This document shows, piece by piece, positions 11,085 through 19,636 of a stretch of DNA of 64,000 nt (its first letter is position 1; each line of letters begins with the position of its first letter). A program made the position numbers and the translations under genes. The notes under the pieces are model-generated. The model made no database searches. It saw only the letters and a program-made list of their open reading frames with translations, and was not told where the DNA came from. Source of the stretch: an uncultured Gammaproteobacteria bacterium (GTDB taxonomy: Bacteria; Pseudomonadota; Gammaproteobacteria; Xanthomonadales; Rhodanobacteraceae); the NCBI GenBank assembly GCA_963817755.1, contig CAWFPB010000005.1, positions 70,593 through 134,592 on the forward strand, in the 5' to 3' direction.

Positions 11085-11879
11085 ATGACCCGCATCATTG
11101 CGATCGCCAATCAGAAGGGCGGCGTGGGCAAGACCACCACCGCCGTCAACCTCGCCGCTTCGCTGGCCGAAGCGCGGCGCAAGGTGCTGCTGGTCGACCT
11201 CGATCCGCAGGGCAACGCCACCATGGCCTCGGGCGTCGACAAGGACGAGGCCAAGCCCAACGGCTGCGACGTGCTGCTCGAGGAAGCCAGCCTCGATGAA
11301 GCCATCATCCATACCGAGGCCGGTTTCGACCTGCTGCCCGGCAACGGCGACCTGACCGCCGCCGAGCTGAAACTGATGGATGCCATCGCGCGCGAGTCGC
11401 GTCTGGCCGAACAGCTGGACAAGCTGGACGACCGCTACCACACCATCCTCATCGACTGCCCACCCACGTTGCACCTGCTCACGCTCAACGCGCTGACCGC
11501 GGCCGACGGCGTGCTGATCCCGGTGCAGTGCGAATACTTCGCGCTGGAGGGCCTGTCCAGCCTGCTCGACACCGTGCGCGCGGTGCAGCAGCGACTGAAT
11601 CCGAAACTGCAGATCGAAGGCCTGCTGCGCACCATGTACGACGTGCGCAACAACCTCGGCAACGAGGTCTCGGCGCAGCTGACCAAGCACTTCGGCGAAA
11701 AGGTGCTGCGCTCGATCATCCCGCGCAACGTGCGCCTGGCCGAGGCGCCCAGCCACGGCCTGCCCATCAATTTGTACGACCGCGGCTCGCGCGGCGCGAT
11801 CGCCTACCTCGGGCTGGCCGGCGAGATGATCCGCCGCGAGCGCAACGCGCAGCCTTCCGCCCCACCGGCGACCCACTAG
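11085..11879 (+). CDS. parA: Chromosome partitioning ATPase ParA/Soj
   Basis: IANQKGGVGKTTT deviant Walker A, DLDPQGNAT, IDCPP, PVQCEYFALEG, IPRNVRLAEAPSHG. Confidence 0.97.
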   Translation: MTRIIAIANQKGGVGKTTTAVNLAASLAEARRKVLLVDLDPQGNATMASGVDKDEAKPNGCDVLLEEASLDEAIIHTEAGFDLLPGNGDLTAAELKLMDAIARESRLAEQLDKLDDRYHTILIDCPPTLHLLTLNALTAADGVLIPVQCEYFALEGLSSLLDTVRAVQQRLNPKLQIEGLLRTMYDVRNNLGNEVSAQLTKHFGEKVLRSIIPRNVRLAEAPSHGLPINLYDRGSRGAIAYLGLAGEMIRRERNAQPSAPPATH

Positions 11880-11893
11880 GAGATTTCCCGATC

Positions 11894-12769
11894 ATGGCGG
11901 CCAAGAAACGTGGACTCGGACGCGGCCTCGACGCGCTGCTCGGCAGCGAGGAAGGCGGCGCCACGCGCGAAGGCGGCAGGGCCGAGGGCGAACTGCGTAC
12001 CCTGCCGATCCACCAGATCGGCCCGGGCAAATACCAGCCGCGCCAGCACTGGAACGAGGACGCGCTGGCCGAACTGGCCGACTCGATCCGCGCCCAGGGC
12101 CTGATCCAGCCGGTGGTGGTGCGCGCCATGGGGCGCAACAAGTACGAACTGATCGCCGGCGAGCGCCGCTGGCGCGCGGCGCAGAAGGCCGGTCTGGACG
12201 AACTGCCGGCGCTGGTGCGCGAGGTGCCCGAGCAGTCGGTGCTGGCGATGGCGCTGATCGAGAACATCCAGCGCCAGGAGCTGACCGCGCTGGAAGAGGC
12301 CCACGCGCTGCAGCGCCTGATCGACGAATTCGACCTGACCCACGCCAAGGCCGCCGAGGCGGTGGGCCGCTCGCGCGCGGCGGTGTCCAACCTGCTGCGC
12401 CTGCTGGACATGCCCGGACCGATCCGCACGCTGCTCGACGAGGGCAAGCTGGAGATGGGCCATGCCCGTGCCCTGCTGACGCTGGAGGAGAGCCTGGCGG
12501 TACCGCTGGCACGCCAGGCTTCGCGCCTGGGCTGGTCGGTGCGCGAACTGGAGGAGGCCGCGCGCCGCGCCCAGGACGGCAGCGGCAAGAAGGCCAAGGC
12601 CGGGGCCCCGGCACCACGCAATCCGGATGTCGAGCGCCTGGAGAACGAGCTGGCCGAGAAATTCGCCACCCGCGTGCAACTGGCGCACGGGCGCGGCGGC
12701 AAGGGCAAGCTGGTCATCCACTACCACAGCCTGGATGAGCTGGACGGCATCCTGGGCAAGATGCGCTGA
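11894..12769 (+). CDS. parB: Chromosome partitioning protein ParB/Spo0J
   Basis: KKRGLGRGLDALL, YQPR, LIAGERRWRAA, ALIENIQRQEL, HTH GRSRAAVSNLLRLL. Confidence 0.97.
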   Translation: MAAKKRGLGRGLDALLGSEEGGATREGGRAEGELRTLPIHQIGPGKYQPRQHWNEDALAELADSIRAQGLIQPVVVRAMGRNKYELIAGERRWRAAQKAGLDELPALVREVPEQSVLAMALIENIQRQELTALEEAHALQRLIDEFDLTHAKAAEAVGRSRAAVSNLLRLLDMPGPIRTLLDEGKLEMGHARALLTLEESLAVPLARQASRLGWSVRELEEAARRAQDGSGKKAKAGAPAPRNPDVERLENELAEKFATRVQLAHGRGGKGKLVIHYHSLDELDGILGKMR

Positions 12770-12803
12770 CGCGGCCCGCCCGGTGCGACCCGGCGTTGAA
12801 AGA

Positions 12804-12829
12804 TGCAACGGCCTTCCCCGGTCTTGTCT
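12804..12829 (+). promoter_or_regulatory. Candidate ECF-type (autoregulatory) promoter TGCAAC-N16-GTCT
   Basis: AAC-ending -35 and GTC-containing -10 at 16-bp spacing, just upstream of the GTG start of the ECF gene. Resemblance only. Confidence 0.35.
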
Positions 12830-12862
12830 CCTGAACGCCGCCATGAAGCCGAATCGCCCCGC

Positions 12863-13375
12863 GTGAATGCCCGCCAGCACCAGTTCGAGGCCCTGACCCG
12901 CGCCCATGCCGCGGACCTGTTCCGTTTCGCCTGGTGGCTGTGCGGCCAGGAGGCGCTGGCCCAGGACCTGGTGCAGGAAACCATGCTGCGCGCCTGGAAG
13001 AACCTGGACAGCCTGCGCGACGCCGCCGCGGCCAAGCCGTGGTTGCTGACCATCCTGCGCCGCGAACACGCACGCCTGTACGAACGCAAGCGCCTGGACC
13101 TGGTCGAGATCGACGACAACGTGGCCGAAAACGCGGCCTGGGCCGATCCCGAACGCCAGGGCCGCACCGCCGAGATCCGACGCGCCATGTGGAAACTGCC
13201 GAAGAAATACCGCGAACCGCTGCTGCTGCAGACCCTGGGCGGATTCAGCTGCGAGGAAATCGCTGCCGAGCTGGGCGAAAAGCCCGGCGCGGTCATGACC
13301 CAGCTGTTCCGTGCCCGGCACAAGCTCAAGGACCTGCTCGACGACGACCGGGAGGCCACGCATGGACTGTCTTGA
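12863..13375 (+). CDS. ECF sigma-70 factor
   Basis: Region 2 (AQDLVQETMLRAWKNL...KPWLLTILRRE) and region 4 (LPKKYREPLLLQTLGGFSCEEIAAELG...VMTQLFRAR). Start at GTG 12863 or ATG 12803. Confidence 0.9.
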   Translation: MNARQHQFEALTRAHAADLFRFAWWLCGQEALAQDLVQETMLRAWKNLDSLRDAAAAKPWLLTILRREHARLYERKRLDLVEIDDNVAENAAWADPERQGRTAEIRRAMWKLPKKYREPLLLQTLGGFSCEEIAAELGEKPGAVMTQLFRARHKLKDLLDDDREATHGLS

Positions 13376-14102
13376 ATTCCGCCGCCACCTCGCCGCCACG
13401 CCGCGCTCGAGCGACCCGGGGATGGAAGCGCACCGTCGCGGCTGCCCGGCCTGCCGGGCGGCCTGGGAGCAGGCCCAGTCCTTCGAGAACGAACTGCTGG
13501 ACGCGCTGCACGTTCCCGCCCCCGAAGGGCTGGCCGAGCGCATCGTGCTGGCCCAGGCCACCGGACGCCGCCAGCGGATCGGGCGCGGACGTCGCGCGCT
13601 GCTGGCCATCGCCGCCTCGCTGCTGGTGGCGATGGGGGTGGGCGGCATTGCCTGGCAGCACCTGGACGCGCACTCGCTGCCGGCCCTGGCGGTCGCGCAC
13701 ATGCCGCCGGAGATCCATTCGCTGGACCTGACCCGGCCGTTGACCGCACAGACCATCGACGCCGGTTTCGCCGGCCGCGATCTCGTGCTGCGCGGACCGG
13801 CACCGGCCGACACCACCTACGTGCACGACTGCATGGTGGGCAAGTACGAGGCGGTGCACCTGGTGACCCGCCGCGACGGCGAGCCGGTGGTGGTGCTGTA
13901 CCTGCCGGACAAGCGCGTGGCCAAGGCCCGCGACTTCCGCCGCCAGGGCTGGGTGGGCCGCACCATGCCGCTGGGCTCGGGCTCGTTGGTGCTGCTGACC
14001 AACCGCGGCAACCGCGCACCGTTCCACGCCCTGGCCCGCGAGTGGCAGCGTGCCATCGAGGGCCCGGCCGCATCGCTGCAGCGAGCACCGCTGGCGCCCT
14101 GA
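13362..14102 (+). CDS. Transmembrane anti-sigma factor, DUF3379-like, with ZAS HxxxCxxC motif
   Basis: Overlaps the sigma stop. MDCLEFRR...HRRGCPAC, one TM (ALLAIAASLLVAMGVGGIAW), periplasmic C-terminal domain. Confidence 0.8.
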   Translation: MDCLEFRRHLAATPRSSDPGMEAHRRGCPACRAAWEQAQSFENELLDALHVPAPEGLAERIVLAQATGRRQRIGRGRRALLAIAASLLVAMGVGGIAWQHLDAHSLPALAVAHMPPEIHSLDLTRPLTAQTIDAGFAGRDLVLRGPAPADTTYVHDCMVGKYEAVHLVTRRDGEPVVVLYLPDKRVAKARDFRRQGWVGRTMPLGSGSLVLLTNRGNRAPFHALAREWQRAIEGPAASLQRAPLAP

Positions 14103-14188
14103 GACCCGACGACGCCCCATCCAAACGCGGTCCACGTTGACGCTATGATGTCCGGGCGCATACCCGCGCATGACCGGAGGGGGACGGC

Positions 14189-14800
14189 ATGCCCAGTGTC
14201 TACGACATCAAACCGCGCTTCCAGGCGCTCCTGCGGCCCTTGGTGCGACGCATGGCCGATGCCGGCGTGCGCGCCAACCAGGTCACCGTGGCCGCCATGC
14301 TCGCGTCGGTTGCGGTCGGCCTGGTCATCGGGCTGGCCGGCGACGCGCGGCGCGCAGTGTGGTGGCTGCTGCCGGCCTGGCTGCTGGCGCGCATGGCGCT
14401 GAACGCCATCGACGGCATGCTGGCGCGCGAGCACGACCAGGCCTCGGCGCTGGGCGCGATCCTCAACGAACTGGGCGACGTGGTCGCCGACGCCGGACTG
14501 TACCTGCCGCTGGCGCTGACCTCGCTGTTCGCGCCGTGGCCGATGACGCTGTTCGTGCTGGCCGCCGTGCTGACCGAAATGACCGGCGTGATCGGGGTCC
14601 AGATCGGCGCCTCGCGCCGCTACGAGGGCCCCATGGGCAAGAGCGACCGCGCGCTGGTGTTCGGCCTTCTCGGCCTGCTGCTGGCGCTGGGCGTGCCCGG
14701 CGGGCGCTGGATCGACCCGCTGGTGTGGGTGCTGGCCGCGCTGTGCGCGCTGACCGTGCTCAACCGCGCCCGCCAAGCCCTGCGCGAGGTGCACGGGTGA
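14189..14800 (+). CDS. CDP-alcohol phosphatidyltransferase (YnbA-like)
   Basis: YDIKPRFQALLRP start; DGMLARE...GAILNELGDVVAD signature; GPMGKSDRA. Confidence 0.88.
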   Translation: MPSVYDIKPRFQALLRPLVRRMADAGVRANQVTVAAMLASVAVGLVIGLAGDARRAVWWLLPAWLLARMALNAIDGMLAREHDQASALGAILNELGDVVADAGLYLPLALTSLFAPWPMTLFVLAAVLTEMTGVIGVQIGASRRYEGPMGKSDRALVFGLLGLLLALGVPGGRWIDPLVWVLAALCALTVLNRARQALREVHG

Positions 14801-15372
14801 GGGACGCGCGCCCGTACGCGGCGTGCCACGAGCCGCGCCTGTACCTGTCCGCGTTCGCCTGGGGCGTGGCCGAGTCCACGCTGTTCTTCGTGGTCCCCGA
14901 CGTACTGCTGACCTGGATCGCGCTGCGCGACCGGCGGCGCGCCCTGGATGCCTGCCTGGCGGCGACCGCCGGAACGATCTGCGGCGGGCTGCTGATGGCC
15001 ATGCTCGGCCAAGCCCATCCGCACGCCATGCACGCCTGGCTGGACCGGGTGCCGGCGGTCAATGCACACCTGATCGACCAGGCCCGCCAGGCCATGCACC
15101 GGCACGGCGGTTTGGCGCTGGTCGAGGGCGCCTTCTCCGGCGTGCCGTACAAGCTGTTCGCGGGCCAGGCGCACGCCGGCGGCCTGTCGTTGCCGGCCCT
15201 GCTGATCTGGACCGTGCCGGCGCGCCTGTCGCGCTTCGTCCTCCTGACCCTGGTGGCCAACGCGGTGGCGCGCTGGCTGCGCCCACGCACGCATCACGGC
15301 GTGGTCGTGGCGCTGTGGGCACTGGCCTGGAGCGTCCACTACGCGCTGTACTGGTCGCTCATGCACTTCTGA
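14797..15372 (+). CDS. YqaA-like (DedA/VTT superfamily) membrane protein
   Basis: GTGA overlap with the upstream stop; AESTLFFVVPDVLL and GVPYKLF...ARLSRF motifs. Confidence 0.72.
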   Translation: MRDARPYAACHEPRLYLSAFAWGVAESTLFFVVPDVLLTWIALRDRRRALDACLAATAGTICGGLLMAMLGQAHPHAMHAWLDRVPAVNAHLIDQARQAMHRHGGLALVEGAFSGVPYKLFAGQAHAGGLSLPALLIWTVPARLSRFVLLTLVANAVARWLRPRTHHGVVVALWALAWSVHYALYWSLMHF

Positions 15373-15394
15373 CCGCCTCGTCCGGGAGTCCTCC

Positions 15395-16015
15395 ATGCTC
15401 GAACCGATCGTTGCCCGCAGCCTGACCGGCTTCATCCAGCTCCTGACCGGCACACGCGCCCTGTGGCGCGGCTGCGAACCGGCGCGGGGTCGCCGGGTGT
15501 ATTTCGGCAACCACACCAGCCACGGCGATTTCGTGATGATCTGGTCGGCCCTGCCGCCGAAGCTGCGAGCGCATGTGCGTCCGGTGGCGGCGGCCGAGTA
15601 CTGGCGCGACGGCGCGCTGCGCCGCTACCTGATCCGGCGCGTGTTCCACGGCGTGCTGGTCGAGCGCAACGCGGCCGAACGCGAGCGCGACCCGATCGCC
15701 GACATGGCCGCGGCGATCGAGGACGGCGCCTCGCTGATCCTGTTCCCCGAAGGCACGCGCAACCTCGGCGAGGGCGTGATGCCGTTCAAGAGCGGCCTGT
15801 ACCGCCTGGCCGAGCGCTGTCCGGACCTGGAGCTGGTGCCGGTGTGGCTGGACAACCTCAAGCGGGTCATGCCCAAGGGCCGACTGATCCCGCTTCCGCT
15901 GCTGTGCACGGTCACCTTCGGCACACCGCTGCACCTGGCCGAGGGCGAGGACAAAACCGCGTTCCTGGAGCGCGCACGCGAAGCACTGCTGGCACTGGCG
16001 CCGGAGGAGCACTGA
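15395..16015 (+). CDS. PlsC-like lysophospholipid acyltransferase
   Basis: NHTSHGD (HxxxxD), RPVAAAEYW, ILFPEGTR, FKSGLY. Confidence 0.9.
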   Translation: MLEPIVARSLTGFIQLLTGTRALWRGCEPARGRRVYFGNHTSHGDFVMIWSALPPKLRAHVRPVAAAEYWRDGALRRYLIRRVFHGVLVERNAAERERDPIADMAAAIEDGASLILFPEGTRNLGEGVMPFKSGLYRLAERCPDLELVPVWLDNLKRVMPKGRLIPLPLLCTVTFGTPLHLAEGEDKTAFLERAREALLALAPEEH

Positions 16016-16017
16016 TC

Positions 16018-16956
16018 ATGGATTCGAAGTCCCAGGCCATCTGGCTGTTCGTCGGCATCGGCGCGGTTCTGCTGGTGGCCACCGTCATCGGCCGGCTGCT
16101 GGCGCTGCGCGCCGGAACCGGTGCGCGCGCCACCGTCGACAACCTCAACGCGCGCATCAACGCCTGGTGGGTCATGGCCGGCCTGATCGGCCTGGCCTTC
16201 GTGTTCGGCCGCCACGGCGTGCTGGTGCTGTTTTTCGGCATCTCGTTGTTGGCGCTGCGCGAGTTCATCACCCTGCTGCCCACGCGGCGCGGCGACTACT
16301 GGGAACTGGTGGCCGCGTTCTACGTGGTGCTGCCGGTGCAGTACGTGCTGATCGACATCGGATGGTACGGGCTGTTCGCGATCTTCATCCCGGTCTACGC
16401 TTTCCTGCTGCTGCCGATCCTGGCCGCCTCGGGCGGCGACACCACGCACTACCTGGAGCGCACGGCCAAGGTGCAGTGGGGGCTGATGATCAGCGTGTAC
16501 TGCATCTCCCACGTGCCGGCGCTGCTGACCCTGCACATCCCCGGCTACGCACACCGCCAGCTGCTGCTGATCGCCTTCCTGGTGATCGTGGTGCAGTCCT
16601 CGGACGTGCTGCAGTACGTGTGGGGCAAGCTCGCCGGCAGGCACAAGATCGCGCCCTCGCTGTCGCCCTCCAAGACCTGGGAGGGCTTCGTCGGCGGCAT
16701 CGCCTCGGCCTCGCTGCTGGGCGGCGCGCTGTGGTGGATCACGCCGTTCGGTTTCTGGCCGGCCGTGGGCATGGCCCTGGTGATCAACCTGATGGGCTTC
16801 CTCGGCGGCCTGGTGATGTCGGCGATCAAGCGCGACCGCGGCATCAAGGACTGGGGCCACCTGATCGAGGGCCACGGCGGCGTGCTCGACCGCCTCGACT
16901 CGGTATGTTTCGCCGCCCCGGTGTTCTTCCACCTCACGCGCTATTTCTGGCAGTAG
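16018..16956 (+). CDS. Phosphatidate cytidylyltransferase (YnbB-like CdsA paralogue)
   Basis: NLNARINAWW, SDVLQYVWGK, SLSPSKTWEG, IKRDRGIKDWGHLIEGHGGVLDRLDS. Confidence 0.92.
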   Translation: MDSKSQAIWLFVGIGAVLLVATVIGRLLALRAGTGARATVDNLNARINAWWVMAGLIGLAFVFGRHGVLVLFFGISLLALREFITLLPTRRGDYWELVAAFYVVLPVQYVLIDIGWYGLFAIFIPVYAFLLLPILAASGGDTTHYLERTAKVQWGLMISVYCISHVPALLTLHIPGYAHRQLLLIAFLVIVVQSSDVLQYVWGKLAGRHKIAPSLSPSKTWEGFVGGIASASLLGGALWWITPFGFWPAVGMALVINLMGFLGGLVMSAIKRDRGIKDWGHLIEGHGGVLDRLDSVCFAAPVFFHLTRYFWQ

Positions 16957-17039
16957 GACGGGCACGGTCCACCATCGGAACGCGACAGCGTTCCATGCCG
17001 GGCCCGCATGAAGGTCCGCGCAGGCGGACACAGACCGAC

Positions 17040-17528
17040 CTACGCCGGTCGCCTTGCGTGTGGCCGGATCCAGCGGTCCAGCAGCGCATCCAGCGACCAG
17101 CGCCCGGCGCCCAGAGCCACCAGGGCCAGAAGCATCAGGCCCCAGGCCTTGTGGTCGGAAAAATCGCTGCCGGCCAGGCCGTGCCAGAACCCGTGCGGCC
17201 ACAGGGCCGGATAGGAAATCACGGCAACCAGGTTGTAGACGAACAGGAACGCGGCCATCGCCCGGGTGCCCAGCCCCAGGGCCAGGAACCAGGGCACGAT
17301 CAGCTCGACCCAGGTTGCCATCGCGGCGGCGAAGGCCACCGGTAGCAGCGGCACGTGGTACTCCTCGGTGAACAGGTACAGGGTGCTGTCGGGACTGTCG
17401 ATCTTGACCACCCCGGCGCGCCAGAAGGCCAGTGCGACGAACAGGCGCAACAGCAACAGGACCAGCGGCGTCAGGTGTTCGAGCCGGGCGGTGAGGCGCG
17501 CCCACGTGGACAGGATGCGGGCGTTCAT
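17040..17528 (-). CDS. DoxX-family membrane protein (BufD-like)
   Basis: LLLRLFVALAFWRAGVVK, LFTEEYHVPLLP, ELIVPWFLALGLGTR, GAGRWSLD; last gene of the MNIO operon. Confidence 0.88.
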   Translation of the reverse strand: MNARILSTWARLTARLEHLTPLVLLLLRLFVALAFWRAGVVKIDSPDSTLYLFTEEYHVPLLPVAFAAAMATWVELIVPWFLALGLGTRAMAAFLFVYNLVAVISYPALWPHGFWHGLAGSDFSDHKAWGLMLLALVALGAGRWSLDALLDRWIRPHARRPA

Positions 17529-18328
17529 GGTCGGGGCTCCGAAGCCGCCGGCGATGCCGGCGTGGTGGTGATACGGGCGATCAAGTCGAAGTCGAGCAAC
17601 GGCTGCAGGCAGGCCATCAGGTGCGCCGGTGCGTGCTCGCCGGCCAGCGCGTCGGACAACGACTGTCCACGGCCCAGGGCCTGCACGAAGGCGGCGCGCT
17701 CGGCGTCCAGCGCCTGCATGTGCACGCGCGTGTCGCGACGCCACAGCAGCACGCACTGGCCGGGGCCGTCCGGATCCGGCACGTCGCCATGCGGGTCCAG
17801 CGCCCAGGTCCACAGGTCCAGCACCGGATTTCCGGTGCCCAGCACCCGTACGTGTGGCTGCAGGAGCAGATGGATCGATTCATCCGGGGCCTGCTGCAAT
17901 TCCTGCAGCAGTTGCGGGGCCGCAACGTGCGCAGCCTGCACCGCCAGAAGCGATTCCTGGCGCAACCATTCCAGTCGCGCCACGCCGAACAGCCATGGAT
18001 AGGCCGCCGTCTCCGGCTGCGCCCGCACGAACTCGGGAAAATCGCGTCCGAAGCCCTGCAGGTTGCCGCTGTCACTGCCGCGGCGAGCGGTGTAGCGCGT
18101 GGCCAGGCCGTCGAAGCTGTCCGCACCCACCAGCGCGCGCAGTGCCGGATACACCGCCTCCAGGGCCTCGACATGGATGGCGAAACCGGCGTTGCGGTAG
18201 ATCGCCAGGCGCGCGGCCGGATCGATGCCGCGCGCGGCGATCCACGGCGTCAGCGTATCCGCTTCGCCGCCCACCAGTGCGGCGGCGAATGCGCGTTGCA
18301 GTTCAGGCAGGGACGGGGCGTGTCGCAT
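17525..18328 (-). CDS. DUF2063-family MNIO partner protein (BufC/HvfC-like)
   Basis: LQRAFAAAL, RLAIYRN, LEAVYPALRALVG, GNLQGFGRDFPEF, VARLEW; overlaps the DUF692 gene. Confidence 0.85.
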   Translation of the reverse strand: MRHAPSLPELQRAFAAALVGGEADTLTPWIAARGIDPAARLAIYRNAGFAIHVEALEAVYPALRALVGADSFDGLATRYTARRGSDSGNLQGFGRDFPEFVRAQPETAAYPWLFGVARLEWLRQESLLAVQAAHVAAPQLLQELQQAPDESIHLLLQPHVRVLGTGNPVLDLWTWALDPHGDVPDPDGPGQCVLLWRRDTRVHMQALDAERAAFVQALGRGQSLSDALAGEHAPAHLMACLQPLLDFDLIARITTTPASPAASEPRP

Positions 18329-19169
18329 GCAGGTACTCCGTGGCGATGCGGGCCTCGTCCTCGAGGACCGCGAAATCGGGCAGGTCCTGGTCCCATTCGA
18401 TCAGGGTCGGCGTGGGTCCGAAGCGGCGAAGCGCCTCGACGTACAGCACCCACACGGCGGCATCCACGCGCGCGTCGTGCGAATCGATCAGCAGCTCGCC
18501 GCCCAGGCCGGTCTTGCGGGTGAAACCGGCCAGGTGCATCTCGCCCACCGCCGCGGCGGGTATCGCATCCAGGAAATCGCGCGGATCGAAGCCGTGGTTG
18601 ACGCTGTTGACGTACACGTTGTTGACGTCCAGCAGCAGGCCGCAGCCGCTGCGTGCGGACAGCGCCGCGAGAAATTCCCATTCGTGCATGGTCGAGTGGG
18701 TGAAATGGATGTAGCTGGAAACGTTCTCGACCAGGATCCGCCGCCCCAGCGCTTCCTGCACCGCCTGCACGCGACGGGTCATCCGCGCCAGCGCTTCCTC
18801 GGTGTACGGCAGCGGCAGCAGGTCGTTGTAGTGACGGCCGTCGATGGCGCCCCAGCACACGTGCTCGGACACCAGAACCGGCTCGACGTGGGTGGCCAGT
18901 CGCCTGAGCCGTGCCAGGTGGTCGGCGTCGAGGGCGTCGGCCGACCCCAGCGACAACCCCACCCCGTGCAGGCTCAGCGGATAGTCCACGCGCAGGGCGT
19001 CGAGCAACTCGCGGTTGGGCCCGCCCTCGGCGAAGTAGTTCTCGCTGTGCAGTTCGAAGAACCCCACCGCCGGACGCCGGCTCATGACGTGGTCATGATG
19101 CGGGGCACGCAGCCCGATCCCGACCGCGGCCGGGACCGGATGCGCGCACGTGTTGTGCGGGAACGACAT
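18303..19169 (-). CDS. DUF692 multinuclear non-heme iron oxidative enzyme (MNIO; BufB-like)
   Basis: GIGLRAPH, ELHSENY, LHGVGLSLGS, SEHVCWG, NDLLPLPYT, ENVSSY, LLLDVNNVYVN, EMHLAG, IDSHD, EWDQDLP. Confidence 0.95.
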   Translation of the reverse strand: MSFPHNTCAHPVPAAVGIGLRAPHHDHVMSRRPAVGFFELHSENYFAEGGPNRELLDALRVDYPLSLHGVGLSLGSADALDADHLARLRRLATHVEPVLVSEHVCWGAIDGRHYNDLLPLPYTEEALARMTRRVQAVQEALGRRILVENVSSYIHFTHSTMHEWEFLAALSARSGCGLLLDVNNVYVNSVNHGFDPRDFLDAIPAAAVGEMHLAGFTRKTGLGGELLIDSHDARVDAAVWVLYVEALRRFGPTPTLIEWDQDLPDFAVLEDEARIATEYLHATRPVPA

Positions 19170-19175
19170 GCTCGA

Positions 19176-19484
19176 TCAGCTTTTCTTCATGCCGTCGTGC
19201 ATCGCGCCGCCGTCCGCCGGCTGGGTGGAACCGCCGGCCAGCTTCTCGCACAGGCCCGCGGGCATGGCGACGAAACCGTTGGGATCACGCGCTTTGGAGT
19301 CCTGGCCCGCGCAGGAATGACCCGGGGAACGGCAGTCGTTCTTGTTGGCGGCGTTCACGCCATAGCATTTGACCATGTGGCCCGAACCCATCTTCGCGCC
19401 TGCGGTGGCCGTGGCGGCCGTGCCCAGCGCGCCGGCGGCCAGCAGGGTGATCAGGGTCGATTTCAGCATCGTGTTGGCATGCAT
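19176..19484 (-). CDS. Bufferin-type RiPP precursor (DUF2282/BufA1-like), signal peptide plus four Cys
   Basis: Sec-type signal, then KCYGVNAANKNDCRSPGHSCAGQDSKARDPNGFVAMPAGLCEKL; RBS GAGGAG upstream. Confidence 0.88.
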   Translation of the reverse strand: MHANTMLKSTLITLLAAGALGTAATATAGAKMGSGHMVKCYGVNAANKNDCRSPGHSCAGQDSKARDPNGFVAMPAGLCEKLAGGSTQPADGGAMHDGMKKS

Positions 19485-19636
19485 GGTTCTCTCCTCGATG
19501 AAGGGACGCCGGCAATGTGCCGGCATGCAAGAGGACCCGGATGGATGGCGTTTGCTTACAGCCGTCGACCAGAACTCCTGCGCCAGAGGCGCGCATGCGC
19601 GATAATGGCCCGCCAAATCCGTTCCGGAACAAGCCC

